Assembly (NCBI GenBank): GCA_050998805.1
Contig: JBPCPV010000050.1
Coordinates: 20,165 to 84,164 of the forward strand
Reading direction: 5' to 3'
Source: Chloroflexia bacterium
GTDB lineage: Bacteria > Chloroflexota > Chloroflexia > QHBQ01 > JAICKM01
DNA: 64,000 nt
Part shown: positions 18,609-28,656 of the stretch, piece by piece
How the letters are laid out: the number at the start of each line of letters is the position of its first letter
Position numbering within the stretch: the first letter of the stretch is position 1
Notes under the pieces: model-generated
Seen by the model: the letters and a program-made list of their open reading frames with translations, nothing else
Told to the model about the DNA's origin: nothing
The model's database searches: none
Made by a program: the position numbers and the translations under genes

Positions 18609-19679
18609 CTATGGCACAGTAGTGCTGATGATCGCCGGCACGTAGCCGCGCGCGGCCACCCAGGCGTGCACTTCAATCCGTGCGCCGCCTTTGCCCAGAT
18701 CTCCCCATTGGCCCGACCAGGTCCCGTCGGCAGAGTCTGGCAGCGGCCCGACCATCGAGCCGTTGGTGAAGAGGGCTTCGATCTCGCCCCAGGCCGGAGC
18801 CTGTAGCGTCGGCGGCCTGCCGTCGGTCCCGGTGAGCGCGATCCTGTAGCCCTGGCGGTCGGCCGTTACCTGCGCGTGCAGGTACTGGTCGGGGCGGGGC
18901 AGGACGACGTGCAACGGGACGGGGGCCGTGGCGATGTCGGCGGGCACAGCGTCCGCCCAGTCGGGGTGTTGGAGGTCGGGCCGGCTGAAGCGGGCGGCGG
19001 CCTGCACCGTGTAATGGTGCCCGGATGCTTGATCGGCCGGCGGCAGTTGGAACATCAGGGTCTGGCTGATGCTTGCCCCGGGCGCGAGCAGGCGCATCAT
19101 CTCAAAGGGGCCGGGGCCGTCCCGGCCTGCTAGCGGCTTGAACAGGGCAGGCGCGAGACCGAGCGGCTGCCCCCGCTCGTCCACTGCCCTGATGCTCATG
19201 CCGACCACGAACAGTCGCTCGCCGGTGCCGTTATGCAGGGTAACCACGGCCCGCCCGTTCTCGCCGGCCAGGTAGCTGTCGCCGGCCAGGCTGAGCTCGA
19301 GGAACAGGTCGCCACGACGGGCGGTGGAACCGGCCGGAGCACCCGCGCGGAGGGCGGGCGCGCCCGCGGTCGGGAAGGGTGATGCGGTGGCCCGCGCGAC
19401 TTCGGTGGCCGGCAACCCCGGGATGTCCGTTGCCGGAGGGAAGACGGTACCGACGGCGGCCATCGCGGTGACGGCCGCCTGTTCGGTGGCGAGCGCGGCG
19501 GGTCCGCCCGTCGGGACTGCGGCGGGCAGTTGGAGAGCTAAGGCGGTCGGGCTGGATGGGGGGACGGGTGAGGGCGTCGCTGCCGGCGGCGCGGCGCAGG
19601 CGGCGAGGATGGAAACCAGCAAGAGCAGGCCCACGGCTGCCCGGATCAGGATAGGTAGGGCGCTGTGCATCGGCGGCAT
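18609..19679 (-). CDS. lipoprotein, unknown function
   Basis: Probable start MPPMHSALPILIRAAVGLLLLVSILAAC (lipobox). The upstream in-frame extension overlaps the integrase fragment. Confidence 0.45.
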   Translation of the reverse strand: MPPMHSALPILIRAAVGLLLLVSILAACAAPPAATPSPVPPSSPTALALQLPAAVPTGGPAALATEQAAVTAMAAVGTVFPPATDIPGLPATEVARATASPFPTAGAPALRAGAPAGSTARRGDLFLELSLAGDSYLAGENGRAVVTLHNGTGERLFVVGMSIRAVDERGQPLGLAPALFKPLAGRDGPGPFEMMRLLAPGASISQTLMFQLPPADQASGHHYTVQAAARFSRPDLQHPDWADAVPADIATAPVPLHVVLPRPDQYLHAQVTADRQGYRIALTGTDGRPPTLQAPAWGEIEALFTNGSMVGPLPDSADGTWSGQWGDLGKGGARIEVHAWVAARGYVPAIISTTVP

Positions 19680-20377
19680 CCTTTCACGAAGGGGCGGGCG
19701 CTGATCCAGGCTATGATCGCCTCGTACGCCTCGTGCGTCAAGTGGGCATCGCGCGGCGCGGTCTGGCTCTTGCTGAGCACCCGCAAGCTGTATCCACCGT
19801 CGCGCAGCGTGATGTGGCCGAGCTGCAAGGCGCATAATTCGGCAATGCGGACAGCTGATGAGGCCAGGGTGTGCAGCAGTGCGCGATCCCGTAAGCCCAG
19901 CAGCGTGCGCACGTCGGGGGAATCGCATAGCCGGCGTAGGTCGGCCGGGAGGATGGTCTGGCGCGCGCTTGGTTTCAGGCGGTCCCGCAACGCCGACGGG
20001 TTGACGCCCCGGACCACGGCCACGGCGAGCGCGGCTTCGGCGCTGATCAGCCCCTGGGCGGCAGCTTCGCGTACAATGCGCTTGACGGCGGCTATCTGGC
20101 GGTTGATCGTGTTTGGCGACAGGGCGGTATCATTGGCCAGGGCCGCTCGGTAGGCCGACAGGCTGGTCGCGTCGACTGGCCCCAGGCCCTTGCCTTCGCA
20201 CCATTCCTGATAGGCGCGCCAGTCCTGCCGGTATTTGCGGATACTGCTCTCGGCGAGCTGGCCCGCCAGCAGCTCGGGATCGACACTGGAGGCGGGCGGC
20301 GCGGCGGGGATGATCTCTGTGCTCATTCGTACTCCGGGCATCTCTGCAGGTCGCCTGGAAGGTCCGCCGCGCGTCAC
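19646..20377 (-). pseudogene. C-terminally truncated tyrosine integrase (N-terminal SAM-like domain plus start of the catalytic domain; HxxR and Y regions missing)
   Basis: Conserved catalytic-R region GLRDRALLHTLASSAVRIAELCALQ is present. The ORF stops ~80 aa short. Its 5' end faces tRNA-His 320 bp away. Confidence 0.55.
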
Positions 20378-20604
20378 TGACGGACGGCGGAAGCGCAGCC
20401 TTGTCGATAGATTATGGTAAACAACTTTTCCTTAGCCTATTGTAGCACGTAACTTTGGGAAATACAATAGCATATCGCTTGAATCTAGTGATCTGACATG
20501 CACCTGGCTCCCGGCGCGAGGTCGACACCGGCCCGGCGTCCGCGGCTCCCTTCTGCTCGTGCATGGCGCGTGGCACGGGGCCTGGCTGCCTGCGGCCGTT
20601 CGGC

Positions 20605-20628
20605 GATTGGCTATATGATTGGCTATAT
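20605..20628. repeat. tandem 12-bp repeat gattggctatat x2
   Basis: Read directly; lies between the integrase fragment and the tRNA-His terminator. Confidence 0.5.
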
Positions 20629-20636
20629 ATCGCTCG

Positions 20637-20672
20637 AAAAGAGGGCCGATCAGTCAAGATCGGCCCTCTTTG
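20637..20672 (-). terminator. intrinsic terminator hairpin (agagggccgatc...gatcggccctct) with flanking T-runs on both strands, just 3' of tRNA-His
   Basis: 12-bp perfect stem, 6-nt loop, ttgttg on the plus strand and ttttcg on the minus strand. Confidence 0.6.
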
Positions 20673-20696
20673 TTGCTTAATTTGTGCCTGTTTTCT

Positions 20697-20772
20697 TGGG
20701 GTGGCCTATGGGGCTCGAACCCACAACCCCTTGATCCACAATCAAGTGCTCTGCCATTGAGCTAAGGCCACC
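20697..20772 (-). tRNA. tRNA-His (GTG) with encoded G-1 and CCA
   Basis: Cloverleaf folded by hand: acceptor GTGGCCT/AGGCCAC, anticodon loop TTGTGGA, T-arm GGTTCGAGCCC, discriminator C then CCA. Confidence 0.85.
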
Positions 20773-21227
20773 ATGGGGATCGGTCGCGCCGACGCCGACG
20801 AGTAAGCCGAGTTCTGTTCTAGACGGTCATCTATCTCGCGGCCCCTAGGGGCCACGGGTGCGTCGTCGCCTTCGCACCTGCTCTCGACTTTCGCCCGACT
20901 CAGACAAGCAGCCGACTTTTGCGGGCGGGCCGGAGATTGCTACAGGGAGGATTACCCTTTTCATTCCGCAGCCCTTTCGCAAGGATCGCGGCATTGGTTT
21001 CTGTTGCTCTCGCCGGAGCCGGTTGCCCGACGCCGACGCCTATCTGGACTGTCAGGCTCAGGGCGTGCCGCCGAACCTGCCCCCGCTTTCACGGGGCACC
21101 CCGCTTTGTGCAGCTCGGACTTTCCTCTGCCCCCGCGAAGGGAACAGCGACCGTCCTGCCCGCGCCGTCGCGCCCTCACCCCACACGCGCAAGTCTATTA
21201 TACACGAATCGGAGGGCAGCGTCAAGC

Positions 21228-21295
21228 GGACGAGCTATCAGCTTTCAGCTTTCAGCTAGCTGACGGCTGACGGCTGATAGCTGATAGCTCGTCCG
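21228..21295. repeat. inverted-repeat element: 15-bp perfect arms GGACGAGCTATCAGC/GCTGATAGCTCGTCC enclosing tandem heptamers CAGCTTT x2 and GCTGACG x2
   Basis: Read directly from the sequence. Confidence 0.6.
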
Positions 21296-21390
21296 CCTAT
21301 AGACAAACCGCCCCAACTTTGCTACAATAACGACACACGATCCGGCGCAGTTCTAGCGCCCGACGGAGGACAGGAAAGGAAGGAACGACC

Positions 21391-23877
21391 ATGTGGAAAC
21401 GCATCTCGATGATAGGTGTCGGCTTGCTGCTGGCGGCTGCCGCCCTCGTACCCCTCAGCAACGGCCTGCCCGACGCCCAGGCCGCCATGACCGCGCCGAA
21501 CACCGCGGGCGCGCCCCCGCCCCATCAGAACCCGTACAGCGATGCCTGGCTGGCGGCCAACCACGGCAAGTTCGACAACATCTGGACCGCCGAGTATGAG
21601 AGCCGCCTACAGGCAGGCCCCGGCGGCGTGGCAGCCGACGCCTTCAAGGGCCTGCTCTCCCCGCTCTACGGCCCCGACGTTCGCATGTCCAACGGCAGCC
21701 TCCTCGGCAGCGGCCAGAACGAGTTCCAGATCGACATCAACCCCGCCAACAGCCTGAACGCCATCGGCACCTCGAACGACGGCGGCGCAGCAGGCGTCGG
21801 CATCTTCCGCACCACCGACGGCGGCCTAACATGGTCATCTAGGGACGCATCGGTCTACGGAGTTCCGGCCGCCTGCTGCGACCCCGGCGTGGCGTTCGGC
21901 ACCGACGGCAAGGTCTACGCCATCATCCTCGACACCAGCCCGTCCGTCAGCTACATCATCCGCTCCACCGACGGCGGCGCGACATGGCAAGGCCCCAGCC
22001 AGGTAGCGACACCCGACCGCGAGAACATCGCGGTTGACCCGAACAACTCGAACAACGTCTACATCACCTACAGCGAACTGCCCGGCTCCAACCGGATCAA
22101 GGGTTACAAGTCCACCGACGGCGGCGTTACCTGGGGTCCGACGTTCTTCGTCGGCGATGTCGCTCCCGCGCAAGGTTACGAGCAGTCGAGCCAGCCCCGC
22201 GTGGCGTCCGACGGCACGCTCTACGTCGGCTACCAGCAGTACACCAACTCAAGCGTCGGCTGCTCCGCAGGCGTGCAGAACGTCCTCGCCAAGTCCACCA
22301 ACGGCGGCGTCAGCTTCACCTACACCGTGCTGCCGATCGTGCAGGGCGGCGCGTGCTCCTCAGCCCAGGCAGGGCGCGGCATCTTCTGCATCAACGGCTC
22401 TCAGAGCTTCCGCTCCCGTAGCCACCCGATCATCGGCGTCAGCCCCACGAACCCGAACCATGTCTACATGGTCTATTCGGGCGGCGACCTGGAGACTCCC
22501 TACACCTGCGCGGGGGCCACCGGCTTCCACAGCGACACCCTCTTCCGAATATCCACTGACGGAGGCGCGACGTTCAGCCCCCCCACCAAAGTCAACACCG
22601 ACCCATCCGGCAAGGACCAGTACTACCCCTGGATGAGCGTGACCGCGAGCGGCCAGATCTGGATCGGCTGGAACGACCGCCGCGAAGACACCAACGACTT
22701 CCTGAGCCGCTGGTACCAGTCCTACTCGAACGACGAGGGCGCGACATTCCGCAAGGTTGACGGCACCCCCGGCAACGACCCTGTGGCCGACGTTCAGACC
22801 CAGCCCTCGTCATTCATCGGCGACTACCACGGCCTCGGTGCCGTGAACGGCAACGTTCTCGGCATGTGGTTCGACTCCCGCATCTCATCCGGCGGCGACG
22901 CATTCACCGACCCGCAAGTGCCCCCGCCTCCCGGCACTGCGACGCCGACCGCACCCCCGAGCACGGCCACCTCACCCCCGGCTAACACCGCCACGGCCAC
23001 CTCGCCTCCGGCCAACACCGCCACCCCGACGACACCGCCAGCTAACACAGCCACCGCGACCTCGCCTCCGGCCAACACGGCGACGGCCACCGTACCTCCG
23101 GCTAACACCGACACGCCCACCGTGCCCCCAGCCGACACCGACACACCCACTGCGCCTCCGGCCGACACCGCCACCCCAACTATCCTGCCGGTAAGCACGG
23201 CCAGCCCGACAACACCGCCCATAAGCACGGCTACCGCGACAGCACCACCGGTCGCCACGGCCACCCCAACGGCCTGCGCGATCAACTTCTCCGACGTGCA
23301 TATGAGCGACTACTTCTACGTGCCGGTGCAGTACCTCTACTGCCACGGCGTCATCTCCGGCTACTCTGACGGCACATTCAGGCCCTACAATCCGACGACC
23401 CGTTCCCAGATGGTCAAAATAGTCGTCCTCGGCTTCCAAAAGCCGATCAGAACCCCCGCCGGCGGAGCTTACACCTTCACCGACGTGCCGCCTTCCAACA
23501 ACTTCTACGCAGTGATAGAGACGGCAGCGGCAGACGGCATCGTGAGCGGCTACAACTGCGGTACAGCGCCGGCCGGTCCTTGCGACGGCCAACACCGCCC
23601 GTACTTCCTGCCCTACAACAACGTCACGCGCGGCCAGCTCGCCAAGATCGACGTGATCGCCGCAGGTTGGGCGATCATCAACCCCGCGACGCCGAGCTTC
23701 ACCGACGTGCCGCGCGGCTCGACCTTCTACACGGTGATCGAGACGGCCCACTGCCACGGTGTGGTTGACGGCTACTCCGACGGCACGTTCCGACCATACA
23801 ACGACGCGACAAGGGGCCAGATCTCCAAGATCGTCTACCTGTCCATCACTAACCCCGCGCTGAACTGCGGCCCGTAG
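21391..23877 (+). CDS. secreted BNR/Asp-box repeat (sialidase-fold) protein with a Pro/Thr-rich tandem-repeat linker and three C-terminal SLH domains
   Basis: Signal peptide. At least 5 S-x-D-G-G-x-T-W/F Asp-boxes. About 9 copies of a 36-bp (12-aa PPANTATATS-like) repeat. Three FxDV...GYxDGTFRP SLH motifs. Confidence 0.75.
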   Translation: MWKRISMIGVGLLLAAAALVPLSNGLPDAQAAMTAPNTAGAPPPHQNPYSDAWLAANHGKFDNIWTAEYESRLQAGPGGVAADAFKGLLSPLYGPDVRMSNGSLLGSGQNEFQIDINPANSLNAIGTSNDGGAAGVGIFRTTDGGLTWSSRDASVYGVPAACCDPGVAFGTDGKVYAIILDTSPSVSYIIRSTDGGATWQGPSQVATPDRENIAVDPNNSNNVYITYSELPGSNRIKGYKSTDGGVTWGPTFFVGDVAPAQGYEQSSQPRVASDGTLYVGYQQYTNSSVGCSAGVQNVLAKSTNGGVSFTYTVLPIVQGGACSSAQAGRGIFCINGSQSFRSRSHPIIGVSPTNPNHVYMVYSGGDLETPYTCAGATGFHSDTLFRISTDGGATFSPPTKVNTDPSGKDQYYPWMSVTASGQIWIGWNDRREDTNDFLSRWYQSYSNDEGATFRKVDGTPGNDPVADVQTQPSSFIGDYHGLGAVNGNVLGMWFDSRISSGGDAFTDPQVPPPPGTATPTAPPSTATSPPANTATATSPPANTATPTTPPANTATATSPPANTATATVPPANTDTPTVPPADTDTPTAPPADTATPTILPVSTASPTTPPISTATATAPPVATATPTACAINFSDVHMSDYFYVPVQYLYCHGVISGYSDGTFRPYNPTTRSQMVKIVVLGFQKPIRTPAGGAYTFTDVPPSNNFYAVIETAAADGIVSGYNCGTAPAGPCDGQHRPYFLPYNNVTRGQLAKIDVIAAGWAIINPATPSFTDVPRGSTFYTVIETAHCHGVVDGYSDGTFRPYNDATRGQISKIVYLSITNPALNCGP
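22920..23280 (+). repeat. in-frame ~36-bp tandem repeat (about 9-10 copies) encoding the PT-rich linker
   Basis: Nucleotide-level periodicity gctaacaccgccacggccacctcgcctccg... Confidence 0.7.
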
Positions 23878-23970
23878 CCCGCCGCATAACGGCCTGATCG
23901 CCCGTCGCAAGGAAGCCGCAGAGCGCGCTCTGCGGCTTCCCCCTCTAGGGACAATATAAGGGAAAGCCCA

Positions 23971-25059
23971 ATGTCGGTGAAGGGGCGCGAAGTCCGCAAA
24001 ATCCTGCTCTGCGCCCTGCTCCCCATCGGCGACACTCTCTTCGCCACCCCCGCTATCCACGCCGTTCGCGCTCGCTATCCCCACGCCGAGGTCGTCGCGC
24101 TCACCTACCCCACCAACGGCCGCATCTTGCTCAACAACCCCGATGTGGACCGGATATGGTTTGCGCCCACCCGCGCCGCCCCCCAGGGCGCACGCGGCCT
24201 GCTCACACTCCTCACCGCCATCCGCCGCGCGCAGTTCGACCTCTGCATCGAGTTCTCGAACTACAACTACGGCCTCGCCCTCTGGGGCGGTGTCCGCCGC
24301 GACCTGACCATGCGCCTGCCCGCCCTCTGGTGGATACGCCCAGGTGCCGGTCGCGCATGGCGGCGGCTGCACGCCGTGGAGCATTACGCTGATGTCGTCC
24401 GCCGCGCCGCCATCCCCATCTCCGATTGGCGCTTGCGGGTATACGCGACCCCGGCAGAGACCACCGCGTGCGAACGATTGCTCCATGACTACGGCGTGCA
24501 GCCTGCCGAGCCTTTGATAGGGGTCCATCCCGGTGGCGAGGGGCTGTGGGGACGCAAAAAATGGCCCCCGCGCGACTTCGCTCAGGTCGCAGATGAACTC
24601 TATGCGCGCTGTGGGATGAAGATAGTGGTGCTGGGCGGCACCGAAGACGCCTTCCTGGCGGCGGAGGTCGCCCGCCGAAGCTCGGCTCCCGTGCTCAACC
24701 TCGCTGGGCAGACCACGCTTGGGGAGACAGCGGCCCTCGCCGCACGATGCGCCCTCTTCGTCGGCAACGACAGCAGCCCCCTGCACATCGCGGTCGCGGC
24801 AGGCACCCGGGTTGTCGGCATCTACGGGCTGACCGACCCACGATCATACCGCCCCTGGCTGCCCGGGGGCCAAGCCGGCCGCGACTATGCGGTAGTGCAA
24901 AGCACCGCGCCCTGCGCGGGCTGCTTCCCACTCATCGGCGGAATCACCCTGCTAGGCTGGTTCGGGTGCGTCCGATGTGACGCCCTCGCCTCAGTAACGC
25001 CGGCGCAGGTTATCGCCGCCGCGCTGCCATTGCTCGACGCCGCCCGCGCCGAACCCTAG
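23971..25059 (+). CDS. glycosyltransferase family 9 (heptosyltransferase-like)
   Basis: GT9 pattern [21 protein letters not shown] and C-terminal [26 protein letters not shown]. Confidence 0.7.
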   Translation: MSVKGREVRKILLCALLPIGDTLFATPAIHAVRARYPHAEVVALTYPTNGRILLNNPDVDRIWFAPTRAAPQGARGLLTLLTAIRRAQFDLCIEFSNYNYGLALWGGVRRDLTMRLPALWWIRPGAGRAWRRLHAVEHYADVVRRAAIPISDWRLRVYATPAETTACERLLHDYGVQPAEPLIGVHPGGEGLWGRKKWPPRDFAQVADELYARCGMKIVVLGGTEDAFLAAEVARRSSAPVLNLAGQTTLGETAALAARCALFVGNDSSPLHIAVAAGTRVVGIYGLTDPRSYRPWLPGGQAGRDYAVVQSTAPCAGCFPLIGGITLLGWFGCVRCDALASVTPAQVIAAALPLLDAARAEP

Positions 25060-25319
25060 ACGACCTTCTTCGTGTCGTCCGGCGGCAAGATGACGGTCGG
25101 CTCGACGATTGTCGCAGTCGGGACGCCGGTCGGCTCGACGATTGTCGTAGTCGTGGTCGTTGTGCCCGGCGCTTTTGTGTCGGTATGGTCCTCGCTCGCA
25201 TCGCGGAACTCGCGGATCCCCCGACCGAGCGCGCTGCCGACCTGCGGCAGCTTGCCGGCCCCAAACACAACCAGCACGATTACCAGGATCAAGATCAGTT
25301 CAGGTGCTCCAAGTGACAT
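25056..25319 (-). CDS. tatA: twin-arginine translocase subunit TatA/E with a Thr-rich repetitive C-terminus
   Basis: [41 protein letters not shown] is a canonical TatA TM plus amphipathic helix. Start at internal ATG 25319. Confidence 0.75.
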   Translation of the reverse strand: MSLGAPELILILVIVLVVFGAGKLPQVGSALGRGIREFRDASEDHTDTKAPGTTTTTTTIVEPTGVPTATIVEPTVILPPDDTKKVV

Positions 25320-25408
25320 AGCGTTTCCCCTTTCGGTCCCTCCAATTATACCACCATTTCCGCTCATATGAAAGCAAGAAGAAGACCAGGCTTTTCGCCT
25401 GGTCTCGC

Positions 25409-25495
<87 letters not shown>

Positions 25496-25542
25496 ATTTG
25501 CAGAGCTATTATAGCTTAAAGCCGTAGCTGTGTCAAGCGCAG

Positions 25543-26001
25543 TTACGGCAAGTTCCATGTGATCGTTCGATTCGCCAGAGTGTATTTGATAACCGCGCCC
25601 TTGGCGTCGGCGGGGCCGTTGAGGCTCCAGCACTGCGCGGCGTCCGTGCCGGTGAGCTTCGTCTTGGCATCTATGTTTGTCGGCATCGTGCTGCACGTAA
25701 TCGAGCGGTCCAGCCCCGTCGTCTTGTCCCCCGCCGTTGCCGTGAAGCTCCGTAGACGCATCGTCGCACCGTTGATGCTGTTCGTTGCGTCTATGGTGAA
25801 GTACGCCTTGAGCAGGCCGTCTTCCACCGCAGTCTTGTCGAGCGAGATTGTCCAATCCTCGACCGCCACCGCCTCGCCGAGCTTCGCGGTGACAGGCCCG
25901 GTCGCCCCACTATCCGGAGGCTCCTCCGGGGGAGTGCCGCAGGCAGCCAGCAGGACGACTGCCGTCAAGATCGCCGCAAGCACGCTGAAAAGCCTTCTCA
26001 T
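25543..26001 (-). CDS. lipoprotein, unknown function
   Basis: Signal peptide with an LAAC lipobox. Confidence 0.5.
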   Translation of the reverse strand: MRRLFSVLAAILTAVVLLAACGTPPEEPPDSGATGPVTAKLGEAVAVEDWTISLDKTAVEDGLLKAYFTIDATNSINGATMRLRSFTATAGDKTTGLDRSITCSTMPTNIDAKTKLTGTDAAQCWSLNGPADAKGAVIKYTLANRTITWNLP

Positions 26002-26029
26002 TACACTCTCCTTGAAGAAAATCGGGGGT

Positions 26030-26824
26030 TCAGGCGGCCACGCCCTCCAGCGAGCGTATCGCCGCCTCGGTCGCGGTGCGTCCCGCCTTGCGCTCGCGCG
26101 CCGCCTCGACGAGCGCGCCGAACAGCCTGCGCGCCCACTCGTGCTTGCGAACCATCTCCTCCGGGTGCCACTGAACCGCGAGAAGGAACGGATGGTCGGG
26201 AGCCTCCAGGGCCTCGCAGAGGTTATCGGCTGCCCAGGCCGTCGCCCGCAGGCTCGGCGCGACCGTCTTCACCGCCTGGTGGTGCGAGGTATTCACCCAG
26301 ATGCGCTCCGCGCCGACGAGCGTGTAGAGGCGGCTCTCGGGGTCGATACGCACATCGTGCGCCAGGTAGTCGCGGATCTTGCGCTTGTATGACTCGCGGT
26401 GATCGAACACCGTCGCGTACTCGCTCGGTATATCCTGCCAGAGCGTGCCGCCCAGCACCACGTTGAGCACCTGCTGCCCACGGCAGATCCCAAAGATCGG
26501 CATCTCGTCGGCCAGCGCCCACGGCAGCATCGTCGTCTCGACGAAATCGAGGCCGTTATCCGGGAGGTCGGTCTCGACGTTCGCCTCTTCGCCGAAATAG
26601 CGAGGATTGATATCCACCCCGCCCGGGATCAGCAGCCCATCCAGGCATTCGTAGAGCGCGCGCAGGCTCTCTTCATCCTCCACCTGCGGGATCAGCAGCG
26701 GGATGCCCCCCGCCGCCATGACGGCCTTCGAGTACGACTGGTTGTTGCTGAACCGCGGCGCGTGCAGCCCCGCAGCGTCGTGGTCGCTCATTGTGCTGAT
26801 GCCGATGATCGGGCGTTGGCTCAT
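26030..26824 (-). CDS. gamma-glutamyl-GABA hydrolase-like peptidase C26 / class I glutamine amidotransferase-like protein
   Basis: GICRG nucleophile-elbow motif and the WHPE C-terminal motif of C26/GATase1. Confidence 0.7.
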   Translation of the reverse strand: MSQRPIIGISTMSDHDAAGLHAPRFSNNQSYSKAVMAAGGIPLLIPQVEDEESLRALYECLDGLLIPGGVDINPRYFGEEANVETDLPDNGLDFVETTMLPWALADEMPIFGICRGQQVLNVVLGGTLWQDIPSEYATVFDHRESYKRKIRDYLAHDVRIDPESRLYTLVGAERIWVNTSHHQAVKTVAPSLRATAWAADNLCEALEAPDHPFLLAVQWHPEEMVRKHEWARRLFGALVEAARERKAGRTATEAAIRSLEGVAA

Positions 26825-26970
26825 CTGTCTTCTCCGTTTACTAAGCGTGACAATCTGCCGCAGAACTATAATCCGTCTAGCAATCCGCGTTCCCTCGATG
26901 TAAGTTTAGCACCCTGACGGGGCTGTTGTCAAGTCGGTTCGTGTATATCGGATCGTGTATAATGGAACTA

Positions 26971-28178
26971 TGCACACCCGAAGCCTGAGCCGCCGCGCCG
27001 GCCTCATATTGCTCGTGACCGCCTCCCTCGCCGCCTGCACCACAACCGGCCCAGCGCCCGTACCCACGCCGAGCGTGATCTCGACCCCGCCCACTGCACA
27101 CACCACGCTCACCCGCGGCCCCTACCTCCAAGACGTGACCGACACCGCCGCCACAATCGTCTGGCACACCGCAGATAAGGCGGTCGGCGGCCTCGCCATA
27201 AGGCCGCAGAGCGGAGGCGCGGTCACAGTGAGCCGCGAGGCGGCAGCCGGCACCGAGCATGTCTTGCGCGCGATTAAGCTGGAGTCAGGCACCGCCTACA
27301 GCTATAGAGTGCTTGACGATGACGCCCCGCTCGGCCCCGAAGCCGTCTTCCACACCGCGCCGAGGACTGGCTCTCCCACTCCCTTCACGTTTTTGGTCTG
27401 GGGCGACAGCGGTTGCGGTTGTCTGCCCCAGGACGGCATTGCCGCCCGCATGAACGCCGCCCCCGCCGATCTGCTGCTGCACACCGGCGACATGATCTAC
27501 GAAGACGGTCAGGAGTCGGGCTTCGACCCACGGTTTTTCGCCCCCTACGCCCCGCTGCTCGCCCGCACCCCGGTCTACCCCGTGCTCGGCAACCACGACG
27601 TGATCAGCGGCGACGGCGACCCCTGGCTCCGCGCCTTCTTCCTCCCCGGCGACCAGGGCGCACACAACACGCGCTACTACTCGTTCGACTACGGCAACGC
27701 CCATTTCATCGCGCTCGACAGCGAAGAAGACTTCTCCCCCACGAGCCGCCAATACAACTGGCTGCTGACCGACCTCGCAGGCACCGACGCGCAGTCGGCA
27801 ACCTGGCGCTTCGCATTCTTCCACCGCCCGCCCTACAGCAGCGGCCTCGGCCACGGCAGCAGCTTCGACATCCGCGAAGCCTGGGGACCGCTGTTCGAGC
27901 GGTTCGGCGTAGACATCGTCTTCAACGGCCACGAACACAACTACGAGCGCAGCCTGCCACGCCGCGACTACACCGCAGTTGGCGGCACCCACTCCGTCAT
28001 ATACATCGTCACCGGCGGGGGCGGCAAGCAGCTCTACAACGTCGGCAAGCAGCCCTGGAGCGCCTTCGCCGACATGCGCTACAACTACGTCAGCGTTAAG
28101 CTCGACGGCCCGAGCCTCAAACTAGAGGCGATCGACGCCGACGGCAAGGTCTTCGACACACTCGACCTCAGCCGTTAA
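26971..28178 (+). CDS. purple acid phosphatase-like metallophosphoesterase lipoprotein; leaderless (tataat 26959-26964)
   Basis: Lipobox LAAC, then GDxG, GDxxY, GNHD and GHEH metallophosphatase motifs. The track start GTG 26955 lies inside the -10 box, so ATG 26971 is preferred. Confidence 0.7.
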
Positions 28179-28187
28179 GTTGTTGCT

Positions 28188-28454
28188 CTATGCCTTCTTC
28201 TCAGGAGCCTTCTGGGAGAGGGCGCTGCCGGCTGCGGTTTTGCTGTCCTCAGCGGTCCGACCGTCGCGTAGGACTTTCGAGGCAGCTTCGGCAGCCTCCT
28301 CGCTGGTATGCTTGCCGGAACGCGCCTGGGAGAGGGCGCTGCCGGCTGCGGTCTTGCTGTCCGCACCGGTCTGCTTGTCGCGTAGGACTTTCGAGCCGGC
28401 CTCGGCAGCTTCCTCGCTGGTATGTTTATTGGGGGCTTTCTTCTTGCCTGCCAT
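28188..28454 (-). CDS. small hydrophilic protein made of two ~40-aa repeats (HTSEEAAEA-SKVLRD-ADSKTAAGSALSQ)
   Basis: Matching ~111-bp tandem duplication at the DNA level (28200-28425). Confidence 0.45.
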   Translation of the reverse strand: MAGKKKAPNKHTSEEAAEAGSKVLRDKQTGADSKTAAGSALSQARSGKHTSEEAAEAASKVLRDGRTAEDSKTAAGSALSQKAPEKKA

Positions 28455-28571
28455 GATATACTCCTTTCCGAGTCAGCCAAACAGTAAACTAAGACTAAGC
28501 ACCAAGTGCCGACCTCGACCGCAGCAAGAAGCGTACCCCAAGTCCCCTACATCAAGAACGCTTACCTCGTG

Positions 28572-28600
28572 TTGCCCCAGCCCGGCGATTTGCGTATAAT
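28572..28600 (+). promoter_or_regulatory. sigma-70-like promoter TTGCCC-17nt-TATAAT
   Basis: ttgccc 28572-28577, tataat 28595-28600, upstream of the 28657 CDS. Confidence 0.45.
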
Positions 28601-28656
28601 GGAACCGCATCGGGCGGGCATCGCGCACGCCGCATACAGAAGAGAGGATCGGAGAC

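Larger units (their letters stand above)
1..20772. mobile_element. putative composite integrated element(s) adjacent to tRNA-His: replication module (primase, AAA ATPase, Xis, RHH), replication-relaxation protein, intact integrase and a decayed integrase; left boundary not in the window
   Basis: Gene content, a truncated integrase abutting the tRNA-His 3' side, and an 11-bp repeat of the tRNA anticodon-stem segment at 14687-14697. Confidence 0.4.

Noticed and set aside
20858-21270. Overlapping 88-133-aa ORFs between tRNA-His and the BNR gene
   Set aside because: They overlap one another in three frames. The region contains the palindromic repeat element and is better explained as non-coding.
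22972-24786. 604-aa minus-strand ORF spanning the BNR/SLH gene 3' end and the GT9 gene
   Set aside because: It is antisense to two well-supported genes and crosses their intergenic gap. Its translation is G/R/V-rich with no motif.
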